Shown here in pieces: positions 1-12,640 of a DNA stretch of 64,000 nt. This DNA is from Octopus vulgaris (lineage: Eukaryota): contig OX597834.1 of NCBI GenBank assembly GCA_951406725.2, forward strand, positions 12,524,001 to 12,588,000. The letters are read 5' to 3'. The notes beneath the pieces were generated by a model that was not told the DNA's origin, searched no databases, and saw only the letters and a list, made by a program, of their open reading frames with translations. Position 1 is the first letter of the stretch. Every line of letters begins with the position of its first letter. The position numbers were made by a program, and so were the translations under genes.

Positions 1-386
1 CATATATATATATAAATACACACACATACATATATATATATAAATACACACATATATATATAAATATACACATATATATATATATATAAATATACACATA
101 TATATATATATATAAATATACACACATATATATATAAATATACACACATATATATATAAATACACACACATATATATATAAATACACACATATATATATA
201 TAAATACACACATATATATAAATACATATATATATAAATACACAGTCACATATATATATATACACAAACATGTGTGTGTACATATAAATAGATATATAAA
301 TACATATATATGTGTTTATATACATAAACACACACACAAGTGTATATGTATATATATAAGTGTATATGTATATATATATATATATA
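1..386. repeat. Compound (TA)n/(CA)n microsatellite with recurring TAAATACACACA unit
   Basis: Directly visible low-complexity sequence. Confidence 0.95.
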
Positions 387-1217
387 TCAGACGTTAAAAA
401 TATCCTTACTATAATTATCTCTCGGTAGCAATCTTAGTTCAAGTGTATGTATTTGAAAAATCCAGCTTTGGGTGAATTGAAAATAACGCAGTATATAAAT
501 AGTTCCATATATAAGGAAAGCAATATTATGGAATAAGAACGATATTAATATTAACAATAGCCATAGTAGCAGCAATAGCCGTAGTAGTAGTAGTAGTAGT
601 AGTAATAGTAATTATAATAACGGGATGAAAGAAAAAACACCTCTAATAGGATTATTTCCTTTCTGCGGAAAAGCATACGTGAACTCATTCTGGTCACGTG
701 TCAAATATGTATCCTAGGAAATGAGCGGAGGTTGATGAGAGCAACGGGGATTCAACTTACACGCATATACACACACACACACACAGTCAGGAAGGAATAA
801 CAAGGCAATATGAGAAAATGGAGAAAAGGGGGAAAATAACGATATATATATATTTATTAGTAATTATATATATTGGGAAGAATGGGTTTAATATTAAAAT
901 TTTAATAGCTTGCAAGCATACGAAATTGGAAAATTGAATATGAAAATCAAGCAAAAACAAAAAAGCCATTAGTTGAACAAACACCTGTAATATTCTTAAT
1001 TTTGTTGTCTTTCTTGAAAAGAAATTAATGTGTGAAATGTTTGTTAAGGGGTTTAGTTGATTTTATTGCATCATTGGTGAACCGGTACTTATTTTATAGA
1101 TCGCAAAATGATGAACGTCGAAATCAAACTCGGCGAAATTTGAACTCAGAACGGAGAGCAGAAATAATTGAAAACACAAAACGCTATTTTGCCTTGGCAT
1201 GCTCTTCGAGATTCTTA

Positions 1218-2606
1218 CTTCTTTATTGCCCTCAAGGGGCTAAACATAGAGGGGTCAAACAAGGACAGGCAAAGGTATTACGCCTGTTACATCGATCCCA
1301 GTGCGTAACTGATACTTAATTTATTGACCCCGAAAGGATGAAAGGCAAAGTCGACCTCAGCGGGATTTGAACTTAGAACGTAACGGCAGACGAAATACCT
1401 ATTTCTTTACTACCCACAAGGGGCTAAACATAGAGTGGACAAACAAGGACAGACAAACGGATTAAGTCGATTATATCGACCCCATTACGTGACTGCTACT
1501 TATTTAATCGGCCCCCATAGGATGAAAGACAAAGTTGACCTCGGCGGAATTTGAACTCAGAACGTAACGGCAGACAAAATACCTATTTATATTTCTTTAC
1601 TACCCACAAGGGGCTAAACACAGGGAGGACAAACAAGGACAGACAAACGGATTAAGTCGACCATATCGACCCCAGTGCGTAACAGGTACTTATTTAATCG
1701 ACCCCGGAAAGATAAAAGGCAAAGTCGTTCTCGGCAGAATTTGAACTCAGAGTAGCGACAGACGAAATACTGCTGAGCATTTCGCCCGGCGTGCTAACCA
1801 TTCTGCCAGCTCACCACCTGCATGTTTCTTTACTACCCACAGGGGTCTAAACACAGAAGGGACAAACAAAGACAGACAAACGGATTAAGTCGATTATATC
1901 GACCTCAGTGCGTAACTGATACTTAATTTATCGACCCCGAAAGGATGAAAGGCAATGTCGACCTCGGCGGAAATTGAACTCAGAACGTAACGGCAAACGA
2001 AATACTTATTTCTTTATTACCCACAAGGGGCTAAACACAGAGAGGACAAACATGAACAGACAAACGGATTAAGTCGATTATATCGACTCCAGTGCGTAAC
2101 AGGTACTTAATTTATCGACCCCGAAAGGATGAAAGGCAAAGTCGACCTCGGCGGAAATAGAACTCCGAACGTAACGGCAAACGAAATACTTATTTCTTTA
2201 CTACCCACAAGGGACTAAACACAGAGAAGACAAACAAGAACAGACAAACGGATTAAGTCGATTATATCGACCCCATTACGTGACTGCTACTTATTTAAAC
2301 GGCCCCGTTAGGATGAAAGGCAAAGCTGACCTCGGCGGAAATTGAACTCAGAACGTAACGGCAAACGAAATACTTATTTCTTTACTACCCACAGGGGGCT
2401 AAACACAGAGAGGACTAACAAGAACAGACAAACGGATTAAGTCGACGATATCGACCCCAGTGCGTAACGGGTACTTAATTTATCGACCCCGAAAGGATGA
2501 AAGGCAAAGTCGACCTCGGCGGAATTTGAACTCAGAACGTAACGGCAGACGAAATACCGCTAAACATTTTTGCCCTGCGTGCTAACCTTTCTGCCAGCTC
2601 ACCGCT
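1218..2606 (-). mobile_element. SINE-A tandem array, 7 units (tetramer + trimer), period ~184 bp
   Basis: Units start on + at ~1218, 1399, 1590, 1825, 2006, 2190, 2374. Only those ending ~1818 and ~2606 keep the tRNA-like head (A box TGGCAGAAxxGTTAGC). All keep a B box (GAGTTCAAATTCC-like) and the tail ...GTGGGTAGTAAAGAAATAG. Confidence 0.9.
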
Positions 2607-2949
2607 TTTGTAAATTTGTTAATATAAGAAAACAACCGAATGAAATATTTGAACAAAACCTGTATAGAAAGCAGAGATATAATATAGGCGATGGTATTAT
2701 AAACTGGCTATGGGACGGCGAACTCATAGAATTGTTAGCACACGGAACAAGTGCTTAGCTGCATTTCCGACGTTACATTTCGAGTTCAACATTCACCGAG
2801 GTTAACTCTGTCTTCCATTCTTTCGGGGTCAATATAATACTTTCCAAATAAGCATCGGAGTCGATATAATCGTCCAGGCCTCTACCCAGAAAATACCAGA
2901 CAATGTTCTTTTAGTTGACATAATTATCAACTGCCTAGAGAATTTTTTT

Positions 2950-3113
2950 ATCCATTAGCTTGTCGAATGGCGTTGTAATATCACAGATCCATGTGTTAGA
3001 GATCGCAAATCAATTTTTACCGCCGCCTGTAGGTGTGAAAGATGCAAGAATCGGAACAAGATATTTTAAAGAATACTTCACAAGCTGGGAAATCATATGA
3101 ACCAGAGTCATAT
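2950..3113 (-). pseudogene. BPI/LBP-like C-terminal exon relic
   Basis: Acceptor ctttag at 3114-3119, then MTLVHMISQLVKYSLKYLVPILASFTPTGG, and VKIDL after a 1-nt frameshift; resembles BPI C-terminal LLQDIMNYIVPILVLP...GFPLP (recalled). Confidence 0.45.
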
Positions 3114-3357
3114 CTAAAGATATACAAATACATTCCAACGCAAAACGATATGGTAATTAGAGCAAATGAAACTGCTAAACTGATAAGAGTGGTCCTTGAA
3201 TGCATGCGAAAGGAAATTTCGGTAAACAAAATGAAAGATTAGGTTCAAAATCTCTGGCATATGGCCAGGAATCTCGGGGAAAGGGATGAGATGATTACAT
3301 CGACTACAGTGCAAAACTGATACACGGTTTATCGACCCCGACAGGATGAAATGTGAG

Positions 3358-3398
3358 GTATATATATATATATACAAACGCATGTATATATATATACG

Positions 3399-3434
<36 letters not shown>

Positions 3435-3478
3435 ATATACATATATATATATATATTATATATATATATGTATATACG

Positions 3479-3550
<72 letters not shown>

Positions 3551-3720
3551 CGTATATATATAAATATATATATATATATACGTATATATATATATGTGCA
3601 TATATATATATAAATGCATGTACACACATATATAAGTATATGTACTATATACACATATATGCATATATACACAAATATAAGTATATGTAATATATACATA
3701 TATATATATATATATATTAC
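3358..3720. repeat. (TA)n-rich microsatellite
   Basis: Direct. Confidence 0.95.
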
Positions 3721-4218
3721 TGTAGTTTCAGCTCACGAGCTGTGGCCATGCTGGGGCGCCGCCATTTATATATATGTGTGTGTGTGTGTGTATTTACAGA
3801 GAGAGAGAGAGAGAGCTATATATCTATCAGTGTATGTTTTCTTGATGTATTGCTAAAAAACAAAAAAAACTTATACGAAAAGGAAATAAGTAGCAGTTCA
3901 TTAAAGCAACATCGCAAACTTCTCTACCTCATGGAAAGCTCCACCATGTGATGCCGACCGTGATCTCTGCATAAAGTATTTAATTGCTAAACATAAAACT
4001 ACGGGAACAGCATGCAATAAGTAAGTGAATACATTAACTCTGACATGCTAATGTCTTCTGTTACTTATTGCATAAGGAGAAAATGATATTTATTTCCAGA
4101 ATCATGAAGCGGCAGGGACAGGGAAAAAACTAGAGAATAATACGTTTAACAGCCATATATAAAGCTCTGCTATCCATCTGGTATAAGACAGTGAAAACTT
4201 ATGTACAGCATGGTGGTA

Positions 4219-4224
<6 letters not shown>

Positions 4225-4274
<50 letters not shown>

Positions 4275-4359
4275 ATATCTATCTATCTATATCTCTATAT
4301 CTATCTTTGTCTATCTCTATCTATCTCTATATCTATATATATTTTATATATATACACAT

Positions 4360-4392
<33 letters not shown>

Positions 4393-4500
4393 ATATCTAT
4401 CTATCTATATATATCTCTATATCTATCTTTGTCTATCTATCTATCTCTATATCTATATATATTTTATATATATACACATTATACATATATTATAAATATA
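4225..4500. repeat. (TA)n/(TATC)n compound repeat, internally duplicated ~120 bp block
   Basis: Block ending ...ATTTTATATATATACACATTATA occurs at ~4341 and ~4461. Confidence 0.9.
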
Positions 4501-4834
4501 TTTGTTCATATTTACGTTTAAACATATTTCTTTTTGTTATATATGCCTGTGTATTATATTTGAGTACAGATCTCTGCTAATTGCCTTCTCAAATCCCTCC
4601 GATACTGGTGAGAGATAGGCAATTAGTATTTCTCTGCAATAGTTCCAGGTTAACGGTTGTAGAAAATTAAATCAAACATGGTATGATGGGAATTCTGAAG
4701 AAACTAAAGCTCTGAAGTGAGAATCTTGGGCATTGTGGTTAACACAGGTCTGATGGAGGGAAGAATATTTCTGTCTACAAGCTGAAGTTTTGATTGTTTT
4801 GTCTTTTGCTTTTTACTTGCTTTGGGTATTAAAC

Positions 4835-5128
4835 TGCAACCATGTTGGGTCACCGCCGTGAAGAATTTTAGTCGAATGAATCGAATCCAATACATTTTGA
4901 AAGCTTGGTGCTTATTCTGCCAGTTTTTTTTAGCGAACTGCTAAGTTACGGGCACGTAGAGACCCGTTGTCAAGCGAGGAAAACACAAACACATAAACAC
5001 ACACACAAACATACCCTGCTTATATATACGAAGGGCTTCTTTCAGCTCTAGGGTACAGTACAAAACATACACTCAAAATGCCACATAGTGGGACTCAGTT
5101 CGGAACCATGTGGTTGGGAAGCAAGCTT
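4835..5128 (-). mobile_element. Diverged SINE-B copy
   Basis: Matches SINE-B motifs (gcgaactgctaagttacggg; gtgggact...ggaaccatgtggttgg). Confidence 0.7.
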
Positions 5129-5761
5129 CGGGTACTAATACCACCCGCCTGAATGGAAGGGCTCTAAACTCTAGCGACGAAATTTCCTAATCCGAGCAAA
5201 ATGCTTAGCGGGATTTCGACCGTATTTATGTTCCGAGTTCAAAATCCGCCGAGGTCGACTTTGCATTTCAACATTCCGGGGTCGATAAAATTGGTATCAC
5301 TGGATCACTTGGTTCGAAGTAACCGATTTACCCACTCAACCGATATTATCGGCATGGTACCAAAATTTTAAACAAATAAAACGTTAAAAAAAAAAAGATT
5401 CTACGAAGTTGATCCAGCTGGTAAAATTAATATCAAAATATATTTATAATCATATTCTTCAATTTTGAATAATAATAATAATAAGAAGAAGAAGAACAAT
5501 GCATTCGATAATTTAGTTCAAGATACATTGTAGAAAATGAAAGATTAAAGAACATGAATAGTCACGAACTGTACAATTTGCTTCAAGTCAGGCCTAGGCA
5601 CTGAAGTAAAGAAAGCTATCACCAACAAGGTAGTAAAACGAGGGGTATGGCGAGAGAAAGAGTGAGTGTTAGAGAGTGGGAAGTGAAAGTGTAGAGTGTG
5701 TGTGGATTTGCACCCACAGTCAAAATTCTATATTTTCAGAAAGAAAACAAGTATACACGAG

Positions 5762-5816
<55 letters not shown>

Positions 5817-6373
5817 AATCAGTGAATATTATTATGACTGCAGCCGCTAGTGGTTTAAAAATATATGCAGACAATAAACTATATCTTGCGTATGTGACAT
5901 TCATAATTATACACTGGAGGCAACACACAATAGTGTTTGCGTACTAAAAATAGTAGCTACAAATCGGAAGTCACAAAGAAATGAGTACCAGTAGAAATGG
6001 AAATGCTAATATTATTCTATTTATATAAAATGGAGTTTTGGTTATAACGAAATGATATATGCAATAAACCGAATTTCCTGCTTGTTTTATTTGCCTGTAA
6101 GTGGCAAAGTATTCTGCAGACGCATGTGAGTTTAAGGGTAGTCTTAAGGTTGAAAAGTCGGCGCCCTCGATGATCCAAAATAGATCTGAGGTTTTTCGGT
6201 GGTTTCCGTCGTCCCAAATTATACAAATGCATCAACTGTCGATCCGCAACTAATGTTACAATCTCTTAGATGTGTCGCCCCCAAGTAGTGGGATTGAACT
6301 AGCGTCTTCATGTTTTCGAAGTTTACTTCTTAACCCTGTCGTGCCTTATTTCCGCCTTGGCCAAGACAGGTTA

Positions 6374-7002
6374 GGATCTTTTCCTTTTGAACGGCAGATG
6401 TCAACACGATTTCTAGTTCACTAAACACTTTTAAACTTCGTATACTGGTAGAATGTATTTATAAAACATCATTTTCTCTTTGGTTTTATTGAGAAAATTC
6501 TATAGTTTGTAAGATATTTCGTCTGAAAATCCGAGCATTTCGGCAATTTTAACCAATCGATTACCTCCATTCAACTAAAATCATTTGCTGCGTCTAAAAC
6601 TGAGTCAACATCCTGTAACTAACCCTAAACCTCCCTCCTAACCCTATTTTTTTTCTTAATTTTTAAATTAATTTAATTCCATTGCTTTAGTTTTTTTACA
6701 CGCGTAACAATTAAATTTAACAATTAAGAAAACAAAATAGGGTTAGGGTTTGGGTTAGGGGGAGATTTAGGGTTAGTTACAGGATGTTGTCTCAGTTTTA
6801 GACGCAACAAACGATTTTAGATTAAAAGAGATCATAGGATTGGTTAAAATTCGAAAAATTAAACTACGTTAAACAAACAAATTACAATTTTCTCAAGAAA
6901 GCCAAGAGAAAAAATGTTTTATTTTGACACATTCTACCAGTATACGAAGTTTAAAAGTGTTTAGTTAACTAGAAAGTGTCTGCGTTCGAAAGGAAAAGAT
7001 CC
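6374..7002. mobile_element. Foldback-type non-autonomous DNA transposon, GGATC termini, long TIRs (~270 bp), 8-bp TSD
   Basis: TSD ACAGGTTA at 6366-6373 and 7003-7010. Arms are reverse complements (aaacttcgtatactggtagaatg / cattctaccagtatacgaagttt). Inner arm ends carry TAACCC/GGGTTA repeats. Confidence 0.9.
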
Positions 7003-7389
7003 ACAGGTTAAACTTAATCTCTACCGGATTCACGGTAATCTAGTAATGAACGACTTACACAGAAAAAGAAGATTCAGTTGATGCTGTCCATTAGTTTGCC
7101 TACAATCGTTAATCTTGAGCGGTATACACGACTATTTATGTTTTTGTTCAGGAGTCCTGGTGGAGGGTAAAGTTAGATAAAATTGCCCATGGCCCAGATG
7201 ATTACACATTGTAATCAGCAATAAAGTAATGATAATTATGGTGCAAAAATAGTGCATTTGAGGTGATGGAGTTTACTCGATATCTGCGACTGCAGTACTT
7301 GACGGGTACTTATTGCTATCGTCTCCTAAAGAAAGGAAAATGCGAAGATAATCTCTTGGTGTGATTTGAACGAATAGCGTAAAGTATTG

Positions 7390-7958
7390 ATTGGGTTGTT
7401 CGGAAGTTCGTGCTGATGTTTAAAGGAAAGAAAAAGATCAATAAATACTTGCCATTGCATTTTTAATCATCCAAATATGAACCATTGTGTTGCACAATGC
7501 GTCACCATCCTTCCTTTAACTTGAAAATACCCTCTTCCCAGAATTGAGGTGGTTTCATGGGAAATAATTCATCAAGGTATCTTTTTACGTTGTCCAAAGA
7601 ATTAGAATTTTTACAATTAAGACTAATCTGCAGAGACCTGAATAAGTGGAAATCCGAAGGAGCGATATCTGGTGAATATGGAGGATGGGGTAACACATTC
7701 CAGCCGAGCTGCAGCAATTTTTGTCTGGTTCCCAAAGCATCAAGTGGTGACAATGAACTTTCATATCTTCCATTTTAAAGGGTTACAGAATTAACACAGG
7801 TTATAGGAACATAAAACTTCTTCCACGAAAAAATAGCTTAAACTGTGCTCTAACTGGATGTGTAGTCAAATCCTATTTTATGAACTCAACCTTGTTCTAA
7901 AATAAGTCGAAAGGTGAGCTACTAAATAAATCGGCAAGAACTTTCCGGACAACCTATT
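7390..7958 (-). mobile_element. Internally deleted mariner (Tc1/mariner) element
   Basis: TIRs attgggttgttcggaagttcg / gaactttccggacaacctat. ORF 7502-7753 has the mariner motif HPPYSPDIAPSDFHLF. The transposase start MEDMKVH (7773) is fused directly to this C-terminal part. Confidence 0.9.
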
Positions 7959-8189
7959 ATATTTTCTGACGGGTTAATACTTTTGCTAACTCGCCCCACT
8001 TAAGTAGTAACAAATTAAGGAAATTTCTAAAACAGAAAAAAATATTTACATATATTTAGACTCTGACATCAGATAAGATTGTATCTTATCAGTTTCATCT
8101 TCCCTGTAGTACATGTATGGGTGGTTCTGTTTATGTCTTTTGATTTCAATGTTTAAATGTTTTAGTATATAAACTTTTCAATGTCTAAA

Positions 8190-8340
8190 TAAACAGAAAT
8201 GAAGAACATTATAAACGAGTATATGAGATGAGTAAGACAAATATTACGAACCGAATTCAATGCCAAAAAGAAGGTTGTAGACATAAATATGATATCCGTT
8301 GGAAGTTATAAACCGAATTCCTAATACGACTGAGTGCGGA
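8190..8340 (+). mobile_element. R4/Dong-like LINE relic (post-RT region)
   Basis: Degenerate EYMR*VRQILRTEFNAKKKVVDIN resembles R4-clade EYxRRVRxILxTELNxKNKxxAIN. Confidence 0.5.
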
Positions 8341-8484
8341 GTCATTAAAATAAAACGTGTAAAGAAACAGGAAACAAAATAATAAAAATATGATGTATAT
8401 TCTTGGAATCACAATAATAATTAAAATTCAATCCAGTGCCAGAAATGATACGATGAAGATGATTTTATTTGCAAAATATATATA

Positions 8485-8876
8485 TCTTTATATATAAAAG
8501 TGAAGTTGTGTATCTGTCTCCTACGATTTAGATTCCTAACTACTCCCACATTTTGCGGTGCAGTTTAACCAAAACCGGGTATCTTATAGTCGTGATTCAT
8601 ATCGAACCCTTCTGGGTATTAGCACGCGTCTACGATTAATCTACGATTAAAAAAAAAATTACCATCATTTTTTCTCATTTTTAATGCATTTTTGGCATAT
8701 ATAAGGGAAGTAACTCTCTAAAAATGTATTATTAAATCTCAGAACGTAAAAAGCTACAGTAATCCCCCCCCTTTGTGGTTAGCCATATTAAGATAGCTAT
8801 TATACTTTACATCTCTAAATATGCTTATATAGTTATTTCCCTTACAAACCCGAGCAACGCCGGGCGACACTGCTAG
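8485..8876 (+). mobile_element. Non-autonomous Helitron
   Basis: A|TC 5' end, subterminal hairpin CCCGAGCAACGCCGGG, CTAG|T 3' end, no TSD. Confidence 0.85.
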
Positions 8877-8939
8877 TAATATATAGAACATACTTTGCAT
8901 TTAGAAAAAAAACTTATTGATATAAAAACAAATAATTTT

Positions 8940-9065
8940 ATTCTGTTGTGTCTGGGGAGAGTCATTCTCTTTTAGTGCCTTATTATTTAACACACACACC
9001 GGTAAAATTTCCACTTATTTTTTTATTTTCTAAAATTTTCGTTGCATCTTGCAACCTTTTTCAAT
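8940..9065 (+). repeat. ~125 bp interspersed repeat (inverted copy at ~24878-25000); possibly Penelope terminal repeat
   Basis: ttctgttgtgtctggggagagtcattctc...cgttgcatcttgcaacc matches the reverse complement of 24878-25000. Confidence 0.75.
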
Positions 9066-9859
9066 AGACTTGCAAACCAAATCCAAAAACGAAAAATAAT
9101 TTTATGACGTATGGAAATTATAATATTATTAAAAAGTGACTGGTCCCGATTTACGATAGTTCCAAGGTACAATAAGAAAGTCGGGAAAAATAAATGTTTC
9201 CGCAGTAATATTTTGATGGTAATGGTAGCGAAAAAATTTAATAGCCAAAAATATCAGGACACACCTGATAGTGTAAAAATTCCAACGTCGTGATGTTGAT
9301 ACCTATCCCCTGAAGACAGACAATGTTTTTCATACAATTAGTAAACTATTTCAAAATAACTGCACTGGCTTCTATAAGACACAGAAAGCGAATATAAATA
9401 AACTGGTTAATATGATAAGAGAAAAGGAAAGTTTTAATTCAAGACACACGCACACATTTTCACACGCATACATACATACGTTTATTTATACTTTTATATA
9501 TGTGTGTATATGCGTGCGTTTGCGTATTCGTATGTTTCCAAAGAAAGAGTCAAGCTACCAAGAAGATATTTACCACTTTAGTAAATAACAGAGAGAGAAA
9601 TAAGATCAGGCCAAGATAAATGAAAAAGGTAAATCAAGAAAAAAATAAGTAAAGATAAAAATTGAAAATAAATAAAATAAAAAAAAAGTGAGAGAAAAGC
9701 GTCGCCATTGTCAAAGAGTATCCTGTGAGACTGGACACGCAGGAAGTGGACAATATGAAAACTAACAAAGATTCGACTCTGGACAAAAGGGAAATAAACG
9801 GAGAAGCGATTTTATGTGTACAAGATAAATGCAGATATAGAAAAATATCGAAAACAATA

Positions 9860-10400
9860 AAGTAAAATGCTAAGGACAATTGCTGAATCTACGATCAGAA
9901 TAAAAGAAATACTCGATCACGTGATTTCCGGCGCAGCAATTCTTATAAAGGTAGGATATATAGCCAAAGACATGACCGAGCAGTTAGCTATATGCATTGG
10001 ACATTATGGAAACCCTGTCACATACAATCTGAAAATAAATAGTAGAAGCACGCACCACATCCGTTAGATGACAATGGCATGTTTTCGATGACAGGGTCAC
10101 AACCGACATAGAGATCAAGCAACCTAGAAATTATTAACAATAAAAGAAAGGAAAACGTATGCATTTTCGTGGACATTTCGATTCCTATCGAACAAAACTT
10201 GGAACGGAAGGAAACAGAAAAGATATATCTAAGCTATATTTAAGTCGAAAAGGAAAATAAGCATGATGTCGGGTATGGAATACAAAACAACAACATCAAG
10301 AGTATTTATTGCGCATATAAAAAGTAAAGGCACAATAGTCGTACGCGCACACACACCAAGAATTCTTCTCCTAATTTTACACAGAGAACCAAAACATCGC
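9860..10400 (+). mobile_element. R4/Dong-like LINE relic (zinc knuckle + restriction-like endonuclease)
   Basis: Degenerate frames give EILDHVISG..., RHDRAVSYMHW, and VCIFVDISIPIEQNLERKETEK, matching the RLE PD..D motif region. Confidence 0.65.
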
Positions 10401-10572
10401 CAAAAGTCATTGTCTGCAGTATACGTAGTAACGATTCAATATTATAGCGCAGTTTACATATTATACATAATTTTCTATAGGTTTTCAGCTCCGCAGTTGT
10501 GTTCAAAGAAAGTACGACAGAGAGAACATAGCCTAAAGTGTCAAAAAATATGGAATGAACAGCTAAAAGCAT

Positions 10573-10993
10573 GGATCTTTTCGGTTTGAACGACAGTTTT
10601 TAAACATAATTTCTAGGTAACTAAAAAATGTTAAACTTCGTATACTGGTAGAATGCGTTTATAAAACATCTTTTTCTCTTGCCTTTATTGAGAAAAGTCT
10701 ATAGTTTGTAAGATATTTGTTGTCTGTTTCTTCAATTTCTGCAATTTCAACCAATCACTGACGTCTATTGAGGTAAACAGCATTCTGTGCCGTATGAATA
10801 TGTCCCTCGTTTAAGAGACAGATTGGGTTTATTTACATTTGTGAAGAAAAAAAATATACCCTTCCCCCACCCCTAACCAGCCCTAAACCTAAAATAGATT
10901 GAAATTCGATAGATCGATACTAGGGTCATAATTATGGGTGACAATTTTATAAGACACCGCAAGAAAAAACTACCGTTCAAACCGAAAAAATCC
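10573..10993 (+). mobile_element. GGATC-ended DNA transposon (one long arm + short TIR), 8-bp TSD
   Basis: TSD AAAAGCAT at 10565-10572 and 10994-11001; ~25 bp TIR; same internal sequence as the left arm of 6374-7002; CCCTAA-like repeats ~10870. Confidence 0.88.
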
Positions 10994-11179
10994 AAAAGCA
11001 TATAGGGAAGGTGTGATTTTAGTTACCGAGTAACAATGTCTCGTCAAAATTGACAGGAAAAAAAGAAAGGAAAAAAGAAAAATGGACTGTTTAAAAAGAT
11101 TAATGGTAATGCATGCGATGAGGGGCGTATGCAAGCATTCATAACCCCACTATTGTATAATCATATCATATTCGTTCTA

Positions 11180-11258
11180 TGTATTGTCCCCTCTGTGGTG
11201 TCCTGTCTGTCCTTGTTTGTCCCCCTCTATATTTGGACCCTTGTGGCTAATAAAGAAA
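11180..11258 (+). mobile_element. Isolated 3' tail of Tx1-like element related to the SINE-A tail
   Basis: tgtctgtccttgtttgtccccctctatatttggacccttgtggctaataaagaaa, without SINE body. Confidence 0.6.
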
Positions 11259-11473
11259 CCGAGGAACAATGTGGCGTCATTAATAATTTCAGAAATAGAA
11301 TATTGTAAACAACTTCTAACCTCATGGAGAGACAATGCACGCATTGCCTTTAGATATTCGAACACGTCGTCCAAATTATGTGTCATAGACTAAGCGCGGT
11401 CAAATTATTATAATAGACAACATCATGTTAGCATCAATATCCACTGGATTATTGAATTATATATAGAAGTTAA

Positions 11474-11757
11474 GCAGATCAGGCCGAAAATGACGCTAGG
11501 AGCTAGGATCACCAAGCATAGATTGGCATATTTCGGTCATATTATGCTGAGAAAATCCCTGGAGAAGGACATCATGCTCGGAATGGTCAGTGGCAAAAGA
11601 GGAAGAAGCCGACCAAGAACCCGCTGGCTTGACACCATCAAGAGTGATACCGGAATGGACATAGCCAGTCTGAAAGAAGCGGCCCAGGATAGAACTGGCT
11701 GGAGGACACTGATCCAACGGGTGACCGAAAGTCGACTTCGACTGAGCGGATAGAGAG
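11474..11757 (+). mobile_element. 5'-truncated RTE (BovB-like) LINE, intact-looking 3' end
   Basis: ORF 11490-11753 RLAYFGHIMLR..LEKDIMLGMVSGKRGRSRPRTRWLDTIK...DRTGWR is typical of the RTE C-terminus; TSD ATAGAAGTTAA at 11463-11473 and 11758-11768. Confidence 0.92.
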
Positions 11758-11853
11758 ATAGAAGTTAAAACGGATAAAAATGAAGTAAATATGTTGAAAA
11801 CTGTATAAATTAACAGACATAACGGTCTGCTACATTTCTGTTATTACGTGGAT

Positions 11854-12042
11854 ACTCTTTACTCTTTTACTTGTTTCAGTCATTTGACTGCGGCCATGCT
11901 AGAGCACCGACTTTAGTCGAGCAACTCGACCCCGGGACTTATTCTTTGTACGCCCAGTACTATCGGTCTCTTTTGCCGAACCGCTATGTGACGGGGACAT
12001 AAACACACCAGCATCGGTTCTCAATCAATGCTAGGGGGACAA

Positions 12043-12099
<57 letters not shown>

Positions 12100-12265
12100 T
12101 ACGACGGGCTTCTGTCAGTTTCCGCCTACCAAATCCACTCACAATGCTTTGTTCGGCCCGAGGCTATAGTAGAAGACGCTTGCCCAAGATGCCACGCAGT
12201 GGGACTGAACCCGGAACCACGTGGTTGGTAAACAAGCTACTTACCACACAGCCACTCCTGCGCCT
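11854..12265 (-). mobile_element. SINE-B (tRNA head, CORE-like segment, internal (TA)n(TG)n, tail ...GACTGAAACAAGTAAAAGAG)
   Basis: Full-length; CORE-like CTTGGGCAAG motif; many near-identical copies in window. Confidence 0.9.
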
Positions 12266-12420
12266 GGATATAAACGTCTGGAGTAAAATACTATTACACA
12301 AATAAATATCTGGTTGTGGTTATCTAAAAATTAACCTATAGCAGAAATATATGTTAACACAGAACGCATTCCATACTACTCGAACGTAGGTACGCTATTC
12401 AGTATCCACTATTCAACTAC

Positions 12421-12640
12421 CTAATTCTTTACTACCCACAAGGGGCTAAACACAGAGAGGACAAACAAAGACAGACAAAGGGATTAAGTCGAATATATCG
12501 ACCCCAGTACGTAACTGGTACTTAATTTATCGACCCGAATGATGAAAGGCAAAGTCGACCTCGGCGGAAATTGAACTCAGAAGGTAGCGGCAGACGAAAT
12601 ACCGCTAAGCATTTCGCCCGGCGAGCTAACGTTTCTGCCC
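12421..12640 (-). mobile_element. SINE-A monomer
   Basis: Matches array unit; 3' junction AAGAATTAG|GTAGTTGA. Confidence 0.9.

Noticed and set aside
1218-2606. CRISPR-like or retrozyme array
   Set aside because: Units are ~184-bp SINE bodies with no unique spacers, no cas genes and no CUGANGA hammerhead core
3042-3242. Plus-strand 66 aa ORF as an exon
   Set aside because: No recognisable family; the minus-strand reading fits the colinear BPI/LBP series better, though not excluded
6615-6785. Telomere fusion scar (inverted TAACCC/TTAGGG)
   Set aside because: Repeats are short, degenerate and internal to a TSD-flanked transposon present in several copies
12028-12231. Recurring short ORFs such as MLGGQT...RLPNPLTR / YDGLLSVSVYQIHSQ
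   Set aside because: Translations of non-coding SINE-B copies
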